This document shows positions 36,617 to 50,309 of a stretch of DNA of 64,000 nucleotides, one piece after another (position 1 is the first letter of the stretch; every line of letters begins with the position of its first letter). Under the pieces are notes generated by a model that did not search any database, had not been told where the DNA came from, and was given only the letters and a program-made list of their open reading frames with translations. Source of the stretch: Nageia nagi. Taxonomy: Eukaryota > Plantae > Pinophyta. The position numbers were made by a program, and so were the translations under genes. The DNA lies in the NCBI GenBank assembly GCA_050084985.1, contig JBITNC010000001.1, positions 137,454,001-137,518,000 of the forward strand, written 5' to 3'.

Positions 36617-39600
36617 ATTTGACTTAAGATCTAAACTAGAAGATGTTTTGACTCGCATGCTTTATCATGTGGCCTCTGCAACAGGATCTTTAGACTCCAA
36701 TGAATTCTAGCGTGGAATATATTAAGTATGTTGAAGCTCACTTGACGTGAGGGGTGACCACCATTGAAGTATGTATAGTCTTACATTGAAATCACATGTG
36801 CCCAAAGATGGCAATAGCTGCATTACTCACATACATCATCAAAATGTACATGCATTGCATGTATGTCTCACTTGTTTGTGGACATTGTCTATATGGTTTG
36901 TTATGTTGTTGTTACCACTGAACATAACCTATGTTTTGTTAGTGATCATTAGTACTTGTTTGGTTATTAGCAGTTACTGTAAACCATCCTACCTATAAGA
37001 TGGAGAGTTATTTCTATCCTCATGCATGTTGCTTGAGGGATAAATGTCAGGCATGTGAGAGCAGTCTGGCAATCATAGTCATTGTACAAGTGATTATGCA
37101 CAACAGCATATGAATGCTCATGTTTCAATGATACAAGCATTGAATCATTGTTGCATATGTATCATTTCCTAATGCAGAATGTGTCGGCTTCGTTCTTTTC
37201 ATTTATTACCATGTTCTTTATGCTTTTAATTGATTGTATACAAATTATATATATACATTCTACATCTTTTCATTGTTGCTAAAAGAGTATACTGTCAATT
37301 CATATGGCTGTAATGTGTATGCCATTGTGAATGTGTAAAATTTTCCTATGGGAGTTATTGTTCATGTCAATTAGCGTATGCATCAAGCATGTGTTCATCC
37401 ATATATGCTATTGCTACCCATCCATTTGTTGTCATTTCATATTGTAACCTGTTGAGACGTTTTTCTTTCATCTTACAAAATGTCATCAAAAGATAGCAAA
37501 ATGGAAAAGCATCGCAACATTTAGATGAGATAGAATTACCTATCCCCGCTTGAAAGGATTCCTACCCCAAGATTTATGTTTTAATATGCAAAGCTCTTTG
37601 GTAAATCTTTGGGAATAGTTCAAATGGGAGATGGTAGCTGTTAACTTGTGTTTTCAAGGTTTCTAGAGTTTGTTTTCTAGTTTAGAACATTTTCTTAACT
37701 TCACTGAAATTTGTTTAAGTGCATGATCATTCCAAGGCTTTTGCAATTGTAAAAAAATAAAAGTTTAGTTAAAAGAAATTGAAGACAAAAGAATGCAAAT
37801 AAGAGAATAGAATGGGAAAAGGTTTCTAAGAAACAAAAATAAACTTATCACAAGTGAAGCATTGGCTGGATCATTTACTTTCCGGGTTTGTTAAGAATCT
37901 TTCATTCATTCATCAAATTTGTAAACAAACAAGATTCATTCGAATTGCTACACAAATAAGAGCAGGTCTTGATTTGATTCCTAAGAATCACCACATGAAG
38001 GATGAAAATGTAAAGGTGCAAACATCACACGGTTTAAATGAAAGATTTCTATTAAACGACATAAAAGGTAAACATGTCCAGAGTACAATCACTTTACATT
38101 CAAGATATGAAAAAAATAAGCAATTTAAACACTTCAAATCATATTCAACTAGCTTCTCTAAAACTCAAAGTTTTCAAGACAATGGACACAAGCATTTAAA
38201 TCACATCATGCAATGAAACAGATTTCATTCATGACATTCATATCCCCAAAGATGACAAATCCTCCTTGCATTGCTTTCATCAAGCTTCTTCCTCTCTATT
38301 CCTCTATCCTATCTACCTACAAAATGACCCATATAGGATATTTATAGTCAAAAGTCATAATTACATAGTGTTGCCCTAATGCAAATGAAATGAAATTGGA
38401 ATTTACTAAAATTACTCTTCCTCACAAGGAAATAAACTAAGTAAATGAAAACTTCTCTTAAAACAAATAACATTTAAAACATAGTCTTTAGCCCGCTTTG
38501 TCTGACCTTTCGACTTTGCTGAGAGTAATAATCTTTCCTTCAAATCTTCCTTCACAAAAGCACCAACCTTGTTTAAACCAATTTCGAACCCTTTACATTA
38601 TAACAAAGAACCGCCATGGAGTCTTCCCTAGTATCGGATATTTCTTATTTGTCCACTTAGGCCTATAATATTGATAATTTCGCTAGTCAAGTGTTAAATT
38701 TTCCTTATCATATCTCCATCTCTCATAATTTCATCATCTTTGAAGAAATCCTTATAGTCCAATTTTGTCATTTGGCATACAATCTTCATCTTTAGAGCTT
38801 TTGCCTAGTTTGTAAAATTTGAACATTTTCCCATGGTATTCTCAATTCAATCATGATGAAAGAAAGGAAGTCTTTGCAGACATTCATTTTTTCATCTCTT
38901 TGTGAGCCTTTGTTTTTGGAAGAACTCATCCTCGATCTGAAAGAATACCTATTCCAACAAACAAGGTTAGATTGGACCAATCTTGGATGGAAGATCTTCA
39001 CTAGGACATCATTTCTAAAGCTTCAAGTGGTTGTCCTAGATTTTCGCACCACTATGAGGGTTTAAACTTTTAAGACAGCGAAATGGTGCCACTTGGAAAC
39101 AGGTATCTAGGCCTTGCACACCAAAGGGGAATGTTAAAAATTTAACACCCTAGAATGGAGCAACTTGGTCAAGAATGAAATAAGTATTTTTGCACCTGGA
39201 AAGATTTTAAAATCTTAAGCATTGAAAATGGTGTGAACTATGGGCAAGACAAAACATGTTTCACTCTTAGAATGAGTCTTAAATTCTTAAGGCATCAAAA
39301 TGATATTAGCAGGAGCAATTTAATGTTTCACACTTGGGAGGACTCTTTCAACTTTAAGTTCTTGAAATGGTGCGATTGGCAATGAGCGTTTTCAGATCTA
39401 GATTTGGGGCAACGAGAGAAACTGAGAGAATGATGTGAAAATGAGAGGCTTGGAATTGTATTTATAGGCTCTTCTTCTCTTGGGACATGAGTTGGCTCCT
39501 CTGGGTGAGTTGGTCAGCCAAGTCAACATATTCTAAGCGTTGAAAATGGTGCGACTGGAGGGAATTCGCACTTGGAATAAGTCTTACAAGCTTAATACTT

Positions 39601-40069
39601 CAAAATGGTGCGAAATTGCCTAAGACACTCTTGAGATGTGATTGGAGAAAATTTGCATCTAGAAAAATCTTAAATTTTTAAAGGTTCAAAGTGATGTGAA
39701 TAGGGGGAATTCACACCTATCACACCTCTTAACATTATAATCCTTGAAAATGATGTAAACCGGTGTATTTTGCATGTCAAATGACTCTTACCCCTTTCAA
39801 GACCTCCAAATGTTGCGACCAAGCTATTTTCGCATCTCCTAAGCATCCTAATTTTTTTAATGCCCAAAAATAGTGAGCTCAAGAGAAATTCGCATCAAAA
39901 TGGAGTCTTGCATTTTGCCTATGAAATGGTGTGCTCAAGTGCAGTTCACATCTATAAAACTTCCTACTTTTCTAAGATCTCCAAATGGCGACCAAGCTTT
40001 TTCGCACCAAAAACTTATCTTACAATTTTAGGTCTCTGAAATGTTGTGCCCTTTCCAATTTTATGACCT

Positions 40070-41144
40070 TGTAATGTCCCCAATTTCGAGAAACCTTGTT
40101 GAAAGCATAACTTCCGTCACAATCCATGGATCGTCGATTTGTCTTTTAGAATGAATAGAGAATCTTGTGCCAATCGTTTTGACAGGTCACACAACATGGT
40201 TCCTTCAAGAAACGAGGAAGATATGGCCTTTTGATGATTCCCCCAAGCCAGTTTCCTACTATCGTGCGTGCAGGTGTCAGTTTATAAATATTCTATTTAG
40301 ATTATGAGTCTTTGTTATTTTATAATAAAAGTGGGCCATGTTTTGTAATAAGGAAATATATTATTCCATAATTACCCAACGTCTAGCTTAGGAGGGGTCA
40401 TTTTTCAATTAAGAGTTATTTATATTTCTAGGTTGGGTCGACCAACCACTAATTAGAATGGGACTTCTATAAAAGGGAAGTGAGCACCTCATTTGAAGAC
40501 ATCATCTTGTGTATTCGATATTCGATCATTCGGAGCTTAGGGATGCTTTCTTTCTCTACCTTCTAGGGCTTAGGACTACTCCCTAGCCTAGAAGTGGCTC
40601 ATCTACACTTCTACATCTCTTGGAGAGCTTGCACCTATCACTCTTGCCACTTGGAAGCTTGTGTCAACCATTGGGAGACATCTTCAGACTTGCGCCTAGC
40701 TTGGGAGCCTTTTTGGGACATGCGCTAGCCTTGAGGAGTCTAGTTTGAGCATTTCAAAGTCTTGGGATTTGCCTTAGAACTTGTTACAAGCTTGTTACAT
40801 CCCTATACTTATTCTTGGTTCATTATTGATGATATTGACTCTCATATTGTGTCTCGAATGTAAATGAATGTTCCTATATAATTCTGCTATGCATCTATCT
40901 TCTTTGTGCATGGGAATGTATGCGAATTGAGTACTTCTGGAGCTATATTTTTGTTATGTAATAGATCTGATTGTGTCCTAGTTTTGGTCATATTCATATG
41001 TTATAAGAGTTTTATATCAGATTTGGCTAATGTTGTTATATTCCAGTTTGAGCGCATATTTTGGATGGTTAATGAGCATGTTCATTGATGCCCTAATTTG
41101 TGAATGAATGCTAAATTGGATAATCCCTAGAAAGGTACATTATA
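40070..41144 (+). mobile_element. Solo LTR (1.07 kb), same family as 7012-8099
   Basis: tgtaatgtcccc...aggtacattata (terminal CA decayed to TA); perfect TSD gacct (40065-40069, 41145-41149). Confidence 0.92.
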
Positions 41145-41589
41145 GACCTTAAGGAGGTGCGAATTTTCTCTAGGCCCCTTTAAGACTACACCATGATGCC
41201 AAATCCTTCCTTGAGCTTATAAATATCTCAAAATTGGTTCAAGCAAGCTCAATTTTCACCTTTCACCCCAATTTCACATTTTTAATACCCAAAATGATGC
41301 AAAATTGGTTATTTTCGCACCAAAAAATGATCTTACATTTTTAAGACCTCCAAGAGGTGTGAATTTTTCTCTTTAACCATTTAAGACCTTCTTGAGGTGT
41401 GGATTTGCCTTTTAACCTTGTAAGACCTTGAAATGGTAGGTCTTCACTTGGATCTTAACACTTTTTTATATCTTTCAAGTCTCCATTCCACTTAAGGCAT
41501 CAAAAATGCCTTACTTGGTGCCTCCAAAACAATTTCCTTCATTGTTTTGGTCAAAATTGAGTCCTCAAAATTTTGACCAAAGAAGAAGA

Positions 41590-44500
41590 TGTTGGGAAGG
41601 AAACCTTTCCTCTTCCTAGGCGATCGCCCATACGATCAAGACAGGAAACCGACCCAACATGTAGATGAGAACGCGTTACTAAACTCCTCTTGTAAGGACT
41701 GATACCCCAAGGTTTCTATTGAAAAGCACGTGTCATTAATACGAGCTTTAAATTGTATAGGTCTTGTTTGGGAATCAGCTGAGTGGTGTAGTAGAGGTAA
41801 TAATTGTTAACTCACATTTTTTGTAGGGACTGAGGTGTGTTATTTTACAATAGTTAGAAAGTTGCTATAAGTTTAAAGAAAGTGTAAAATAAAAAAAGAA
41901 AAGTGAATGAGAATGTTTCGATACTGGTGAGATGACAAAGAAAAGGTCACAGTGAAGCAGTGTCTAAAGTTTCTCACTTCTGGATCATTCAAGAAGTCTC
42001 ATTAGAAGTCCTCCAACCTAAAAATAGAATAACCTAAGTTCAATCTATTATTAAGAGGAGCGAGGAGGAGAGCTGACTCTCAGTACTCTGCAAGCAGGAC
42101 CGACGCAATCAAAAGAAAGACACAACACAACACAAACTTGGTTTTGAATGAGGAAATCCAATTTGATGTCATAGAAGAAAGAAAAGCTCAAAATACATTC
42201 ACTTACTATGCAAATTATGGAAAGGCAACGATTTTGGAGTGACTCAAAACCTTTTTAAAAATTTCAAAAAAATTTCCTAAAATTCAGGAATTTTCAAGGA
42301 AAAGCGTGAAAGATTCTAAATCATCTCAAAAAGTTTCAAAATAGTCAAATCCACAATCTCACAAATGACAAATCTCTTTGTTTCAAGTATTCCACCACTT
42401 TGTATTAAATTTGTGCGAAAATTACAAGGATACATCAATTTGCCAATTTTCCACAAATTTTCACTAAAAACATTCTACCTCAAAAGTGACCCCCTTTGGT
42501 CTATTTAGACTTTTTAATTTGAGGGTGTTGCCCTAATTCTTACAAAAGCTTTAAAATGCTAATTTGAATGCTAAATTAAGATTACAATATCGTTTTAGTG
42601 GGAGAACAATCTCATCCCACTAAATTATTCTTAAAAAAATATATTTACAAAAAGTGATGCCCTCTAGCACGTATTTCGAGGCATTTTGCATCAATTTAGC
42701 AAAAATTGGAGCTTCAAATCATCTTTCTAGATCCTTTTGTCAATCTTTTGAGCTCCTTCCTTCTTTAAATCTAGATTTGCCTTTGATGTGATCATTGTGG
42801 CAAATTTTCAAATTTATTTTTTGGTGAAAAATCCAAACACTTCATTGGAATTCCATAGCCATGAAAACATGTGCCTAGCCTTTTGGGGCATTTCCCTTGC
42901 TCAAAAGTGAAATTTTGTAGACCTAAACTCTTGAAATGCCCTTTTCCTTGCTCACAAACCTTCAAACTTGAGTTTTGGACAAAATTTATCTTTTTTCCTC
43001 ATGCTAGGTGCCAAAAATCATCTCTATGGTTTTCCCATAACCTTGCAAACCTGCACCTAGCCTTTTGGGCCTCAAAACTTGCTCAAAATTGAAAAATTGT
43101 AAGTTAAAATGTGCTAGAAATGATGTTTTTCGCCTAAAGGATACCTTGGAATCCATTTTAATGAGTTTTGCACTTATCCCTCCAAGTTAGACGCTAATTT
43201 TCATTCTTATGGATTTAGAAAAATTGGAAAAACTGCACCTAGTCTATAGGTGACCAAAAATTGCTCAAATTTGATTTTTTCAAGACCTAAATGTGCTCAA
43301 AATGCCATTTTGCACCCAATGAACCCCTCAAACTTGTGTTTTGATCAAAATTTATCAAATTTTTCATTCTAGGTGCCATTTTTAACTCCATTGGAATTCC
43401 ATAGCCTTGGAAAACTGCGCCCAAAATTTGAGGTTCTCAAAATCGAAAATTTTGAGTATTAAATGTGCTTAAAATGGTCTCTTCCTTGTTCCCAAGCATC
43501 TAAACCTGTTTTTTGGTCAAAAAGTACTTCATCTTGTCAATCTAGGCGCCAAAAATCAGCCCATTGGATTTGGAATCATTTGGAAACTTGTGCCTAGGAA
43601 TTTGGGGGTCAAAACTTGCTCAAATTCGAAAAATTGAGGACCTAAAGTGCCTTAGAATCACCTCTTCCATCCATCTATGCATTTACATTTGAATTCTGAA
43701 GCATTTCCACTTTTCCTCCACAATCTAGGCACCAAAAATCATCTCTATGGTTTTCCCATAGGCTTGAAAAACTGCACCTAGGATTTGAGTGCCTTAGACT
43801 TGGACTTGAAATCCGATACCATTTGCATTTATCTTTGAAAAACATGCACCATTTTCCCTCATTTGGGTCTTCAATACCTTGGAAAAAAGTGCCTAGGGCT
43901 AGGGGTACTCAAACTCTCACTTCCGATCCATCCCAGACTCAATCTGTGCAATTTCGACCACTCCCAGTATTTCCTAGCTCAAACTCAATCAAAATGCCAC
44001 TTTCAGCACCTTCGAGCTCAAATTTTGCATTTTCGATGATTTCTGAGCTCAAACGGTGCAAGAACGACCATTTCCACCTTTCCGAGCTCAAACTCGTCAT
44101 TTTCGGCACTTCCAAGTTCAAAGTATTCATTTCTGCCCATTTCCAAGCCTTAAGTGTGAAAAAACGATCATTTCCGGCATTTTCGAGCATTTCTAGCTAT
44201 TTTGAGCTCAACTTTGCATTTTTTATCATTTCCGAGCTTTCTAGGTTCAAATGGTGCAAAAACGCACATTTTTACTATACTGACCACTTCCAAGCTCAAA
44301 ATTGACCAAAACACGCCTTTTCATGATAATGACCATTTTTGTGCTTTCCGAGCTCATACTTAACAAAAACGCTTATTTTTGTCACCTTAGCTACATCCAC
44401 TACTCCCGGACTTAGACTTGGCAAAAATGCTCATTTTCATCATGCTTGGCATTTGTGAGCTCAAATTTTGCAAAAACCCCATCTCCATTGGTTGTACTCT

Positions 44501-44695
44501 AAACCCAAAACTCTGATACTCTTCAGAGTCTTCGTCGCAAGATCTCCTTGAATCGCTCCCTGATATCATGTTTGCACTCTTCAGAATGAACTATCCATCA
44601 CCGAAAGCCAATCTCAAGGCAATACACCTCATTACCTTTGCAAAAATAAGGTCCCCAAAATCTTGTATTTTGGGGTGTGTTGTGCAGGCATAACT
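41590..44695 (-). mobile_element. Solo LTR (3.1 kb) with a terminus related to the giant LTR
   Basis: tgttgggaagg...ttgtgcaggcataact (compare ttgtgcaggcacaaca at 16625); perfect TSD gaaga (41585-41589, 44696-44700); internal repeats at 42870-44460. Confidence 0.88.
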
Positions 44696-45198
44696 GAAGA
44701 TACCCTTGGATATTTTTCATGTCCATCAATGGAAATTATTGGGAAGAGTAATCATGGACAATTGGTAAACGCAAATACAAACAAGAGGCATGGGATTCTA
44801 TTGGTGAATTACATAGGAAAGTTTTAGAATTGTACATGAAAGCCTCTTCAAGCAAGTTGTTCATCCAGTGGTCCACGATTGCATTAGAGCCAAGGGCATG
44901 AATTTCAAGTTTGATGAAGAAATGTTAATGGAATAACAATGTTGTGTAAAGGGTTGTATATAAACTAAGTTGCAAGAAAATTCAAAAATAAAGATTGAAG
45001 ATAATTGTCAAAGAATGGGACTATAACAACGAATTTGACACGTTTCAAAACATGTGCAAGTAGTCTAAGTAAAGAGTTGGATGGAAAATAAACTTTGACA
45101 AAGAGTTGCAAAATGAGAGGATCGTCACCAATGAAGATAGATAGTGGGAGGATTGTTGACAAGGAATTAGTGTTTAATGAGACTAGTGACAACTTGAA

Positions 45199-46173
45199 TG
45201 TAAAGACCCAATTACAAAATCAAGTGCAAACAGCTCAAACAATGCAAGTAAACCCCAACATCTGGTTTAGGGCATCTGAATTTAGCATAAACAACACAAT
45301 ATTGCCAACGTCTGGCCAAGACCAGCATATACCAATATTCAAACCCTCACAATGCCAACATATGGCTTACACAAGCATACATGCACAAAAGTAATCCAAC
45401 AATGCAAACATGGACAAGCATACCAAGTAATATGGAGATCAAGCTGCCCAATGGTTGTATTAATGATGTGAAGTAGCAACAATACAATACCAAGCCCAAT
45501 AGAGTTGATGTTGGCCTCAAAGGAGCCAACTAGGGCACAACATGTATCCTCAAGCTGGACGAACGGATGGGACAATCTTGCTCCCTCAAAACCTGAATCC
45601 TCTTCACTGAAGGAGCCCTCCTCAAATCTTGGCGACCAACTGAATGGCAGAAGCTCAACCTCGGAATACCACTGGATGGGCTAGGGTGTTGCACCAAAGC
45701 CGTAGACTAACAAGATCCCTCAGCCTGCTAATCCTCCTAGATGTTGCACCTAAGGGTTTGCTTAGCGTTGCGCTAAGACTCTTGTCCTCTGGACGATATC
45801 AAAGATAATAATAATCAAGTATATCCAGCAATTAGTCTAACCTTCTTTATATAACAATTCCTAGATCTGAAATCATCACTCTAACCCCCAAGTCCAACGA
45901 TAGCCTCCTAGAGGCCCTTAAATGCCCAAACGTGGGGTTAGATGCCAATGTTGCCTAGGGATGCCAATAATTACAAGATCCAATGGCTAGATATGCAACA
46001 CCTCATTATTGGTGACTAATATTGCATTTACAATTATTCATTGCCTTGGTAATCATGTATTACAACTCATACAAGTGGCCCCCATAAAACATACTAAATC
46101 TATTATCAATTACCAAACTCACTCCTAAATATAATCCATAATTAATTCCTATCCCAAGGAATGGGACATCATA
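45199..46173 (-). mobile_element. LTR (~0.98 kb), inverted relative of 47794-48891
   Basis: tgtaaagaccc...gggacatcata; reverse-complement homology to 47794-48891; flanks ttgaa/tctca do not form a TSD. Confidence 0.75.
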
Positions 46174-46859
46174 TCTCATGGGGTCAATACAGAGATGTTT
46201 CTAGATTTCCTTGAGCGGTCATGATATGGAAGATTAGTCCAACTAGCGAACTTCAAGAGGCCATAACTCTTTCATTTCCTAATGAAACCATGTTGTGTAA
46301 CCTATCAAAACGTTTCCCAAGAGATGCCCTATCCAAAGAACAAATCGAATCAACTTTGCAAATAGGTACATAAATAGAATATTCACAAAAGGGACATTAC
46401 AATGAACAACAACAAGAAGGTTTTTGATAGTAGTGATGAAGGGCACAATGTTGGTGACAATGAGACACCAAATTGTAGCCTTGGATGGAATAGTTTATTT
46501 ATAGGCTAGGGGAATAAGCAATTATAGTTGGGATTCTCAAAGATGACAGAGAATGTGTACAACTAATCAATCCTTCTACCAAAGGATAAATGGATCACAA
46601 ACACATCAAGTGTTGTCAAGGAAAATTTTGTTAAAGCAACAAGAAGCCCTTTTAAAAGATGGGTATTGTAAAAGCATCAAGTGAAGAAAGTTTTGGAGAA
46701 AGTTTTGTAGATGCTTTACATCCATCGGATTTTGTTGATGCCTGAAACACAACTTGTGCAACAAACTTTGTACCATATGAACTTGAAGAATGCAAAAAAA
46801 AATGAACAACACAATTGATAAGATGACTGAATAAGGAATGGTCTTCAAAGTCAAGACCA

Positions 46860-47300
46860 ATAAATAGGTGTCACTTATAGTTATAACTTAGAAATTTAAA
46901 GGACAAAGACCAAATTCACATTTATGTGAATTTTTGGAGTTGAACATAGTGACAATTAAAGACCTATTTCCAAGCCCAATCACAAACTCCGTGATCAAGG
47001 AAGTTGTGGGACATAGGATCTATTCATTGCTCGGTGAATTCAGTGAATATAATCAAATAAGCATGATGAAGGAGGACAAGTTGAAGATGACATCTATCTT
47101 TGAGAATAATATTTACAAGTACAATTGGGTGTCATTTCTGCAATGGATCAATGGCATTCCAATGTATCATCTTGTAGATGTCTAAGACAAATTTTGAAAT
47201 TTATTGGTCAATATATGGTAAGAAGTCAATACATCTATAAATAAAGGAATGCATGAAACTTGTTCTACAATGTAAGGTTGGACTTAAATCCAAAGTATCA
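46860..47300 (+). pseudogene. Highly decayed gypsy reverse transcriptase fragment
   Basis: ELNIVTIKDLFPSPITNSVIKEVVGHRIYSLLGEFSEYNQISMMKEDKLKMT resembles the consensus LN..T.KD.FP.P....V.GH..YSF.DGFSGYNQI....EDK.KT. Confidence 0.8.
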
Positions 47301-47793
47301 ATTCATGATGTTTGCAAACACTTCTAAATTTCCATTTTAACTATATAAAATAATTTTATTTAAGTGATTTACTTTATTTGTGCAAAATTTAAATTTGGAC
47401 CTACTTTGGGTAAGTCAAAGTTATGTAAGTGAATTTCTCTAAATTAGCATTATCTTCTATGAACATTGTTCCAAGTGAATCCACATAGTTGTACTCAATC
47501 CAATTTGTGAATTCTTTATAAAGAACTCCCAAGTGTTCATTTCAAATATGACATGACAAGGAAAAGTTATGCCCAATCATCTTGAATGGGCATTATCAAA
47601 GGTCATCAAGAAAAAGCAAGAAAGAGTGAAATAGCATCCTCTATCAATGCAACTAAATCATAGAAGCATCCAAAAGCCGGAGCATGCCTCTCCTAAGAAG
47701 TGCAACATGAAAGAAGAAACTAAGCCAAAATGCCTAGCTTTGTGGCACCTAGGTTCAAAATGCCCAATGTTTTGGCACCCAAGCCCAAAACAT

Positions 47794-48891
47794 TATGACA
47801 TCCCCCTTGTATCATTGTAATTAGTTATGGAATTCTATGAATTACCCTTTTGTATTATATTTTATTATTATGTTATGCTTTAAGTAATACTTGGGATAGA
47901 AGACTTAATGGGTCATTGGACCCCACAGTGAACCCCAAGTGGGATATAGATTAGGTGTTTTAATGTACTTGGAGATCCTGATCATGATTGTGGGAATCCC
48001 AAGGTCTATTTAGCACTTAGGTGGATGGATGAGCACTTGTATACATACACTAGCCTTGGGCAAATTCCTATACACCCACATTGGTCCATGATGACACCCT
48101 AGCCCCACGCATGACTCCTAGACCCACATTAGGCATGCGTGGCACCCTAGACCCCCATGTTGGCATTTATGGCTCCTGGATACCCACGTTGGACATTTTG
48201 GGCTCCCAAGAGGCTAATGTTGGATTAGAGGAGCTAGGTGATGACTCCTAGGTTAGATCCAGATCCAATGATGTGTTATAAAAAGGCATTGTAGGCTCAT
48301 AGTTGTATATGCTTGATTATTATTACATTTGATATCGTCCAGAGGACAAGAGACTTAGTGCAACACTAAGCAAACCCCTAAGTGCAGCATCTAGAAGCAA
48401 TAGCACCCTTTCCCATCTGGTGGTATTCCGAGGTTGCACCTCTACCTTTAATGGTTTCCAGGATCTAAGGACAGCTCCTTCGGTAAAGAGGATTCGAGTT
48501 CTGAGGGAGCATGACTATCCCATCCATCAATCCTGCTTCAGGACATTTGTTGTGCCCTAGTTGGCTCCTTCGAGGCCAACATCCAGCTCTAGGACCTTGG
48601 TATTGTATTATTGCTATTTCATATCATTTTTATAGCCATTGGGCCATTCAATCTCAAATTTACATTGTGTACTCGTTCATGTTTGCAACGTTGAATTATC
48701 TTTGCATATATGTGATTACATGAGCCATACATTGGCATTTTGAAGTGTTGTATATTGCTATCTGCCAATTTGGACTAGACGTTGGCATTGTGTTGTTGTG
48801 TATGCATTATCTTGATGCCTTAGACCAGACATTGGGGTTTACTTGTGTATTTTGAGCATTTTGCAGTTGATATTGTATTTGGGTCTTTACA
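47794..48891 (+). mobile_element. Solo LTR (1.1 kb)
   Basis: tatgacatcccc (decayed tgtgatgtcccc)...gggtctttaca; TSD aacat/aacac (4 of 5 match); short U3 repeats at 48070-48200; ttataaaaagg at ~48276. Confidence 0.82.
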
Positions 48892-50099
48892 AACACCAAA
48901 TGTTCAAGCACCGTAGGCCAAAATGCAAGTGCTTTGATTTGAAACCTTATAGACCCTACAATTGAACTAGGTTGTTTTAAAAAGTTCAAGCATTTGTTCT
49001 ACCATCATCCTAATCAAAATCATCATCTTGGAATTATCTTGAGGGTTATCATATTTGAAATTATCCAAATGTATTATATGTCTACAACTAGGGTCTACTC
49101 TCCAAGACCACAAGTTGTTTGCCAATAAGCCTCCAATCCTCCACCCTCTAGATAAGTTTTCTTTGCATCTCCTTATGTAGAATTACCTAATCCTAATTGT
49201 TAGACAATATACCACATATTACAATTAACCTATTTGTGTCTCTATTATGCCATTAAATACGGTGTTGGGACACATTCTGTTAAGAAGGGTTGAAAAGAAA
49301 CCCAAAAAATGAATGCAACATAATGCATGGAAGTGTTGAGATATATTTGTAATTTGAAGTTTTTCCTCAAATTTGTTAGATAATACTAAAGGTTCATCAA
49401 AAACATCGCATTAGAGTTCTACCCTTGTATATGTTAACATGCAAGGGATTTTTGTTCATCTAGAGCTATGAGTAGTAGACATGTGAAGAGTTGAAGTTGT
49501 GATTGATCAATGCACAACTATTGGCAAACTCCAATTGGAGAAAAAAAGGTTCACACTCACATGAATGCCTTTAGTAGTTGTTGGTTTATAGAACACAACA
49601 TCCACAAGCTAAATACTCATATCTATTTCATAAGCATACTCATGCAAAACTACCTTGAAAGCTAATTTTGTAGTCAAAGCACATCGTTCACAGATGCAAA
49701 GATATAGCTACTTTCTGAACTGGTGCCCAAGCTAATGCGATTTCTTTCCATACGTTTCTTTTTAGGGATTTTCCATGTATCTTTTCATTTAGATTTTGTA
49801 ATACTCTTCTATGCCCAAGTAATATAAAACGCAATTTCCCATAAACGAGTCTATTTTTTAAAGCATTAAGGTAGCTTGTAAGTTGTACCCATATTTGTGA
49901 GAAATGGAATTGGCAAAACACCTTTTGGTTGGTGGATTCGGATTAATCGAGAATCTGCAATGTTGAAAGATAGCTAAAAATGAAAAATTTACATTATTGA
50001 AAAAGGTATGTATTTTTATCTTGGTATCTTGCAACAAGAAATGAAACATAGAGTTATGAACTATACTTCCAGAACTTAAAGCTGAAACAAATAGATGTG

Positions 50100-50290
50100 A
50101 CCATGGTAGTAAAAAACCAGTAGAAACAAGCAATGAAAAAGATAGTAAATAAACAAGTAGAAAACCAATAAATAAACAGATATGCCCATGCACACGCTAA
50201 AGGCATAAGTAGAAAAAAACAGTAGATAAACAAGTAGAAAAAACAGTAGATAAGCAAGTAAAAAAATTGTAAAAACAAACAAAAAAAAAC
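50100..50290. repeat. Degenerate ~24-bp tandem repeats (aaacaagtagaaaaaacagtagat)
   Basis: Directly visible; probably subterminal repeats of a decayed DNA element. Confidence 0.7.
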
Positions 50291-50309
50291 TGACTGAAGG
50301 ATCTTATAA

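Larger units (their letters stand above)
37450..44728 (-). mobile_element. Long LTR (~3.1 kb of own sequence) hosting two nested solo LTRs
   Basis: Starts tgttgagacg; probable end gtccatca; tatttatag...gttgccctaa motif shared with the other long LTRs; TCGCAC/GTGCGA motif array at 39043-41420; no TSD recovered. Confidence 0.6.

Noticed and set aside
38480-39070. Accessory ORF inside the 37450-44728 LTR
   Set aside because: Coding-like composition on the minus strand, but too many stops and frameshifts and no motif I could align with the giant-LTR ORF.
49858-50282. Membrane-protein-like ORFs (F/L/Y-rich)
   Set aside because: They are translations of an A-rich tandem repeat on the opposite strand.
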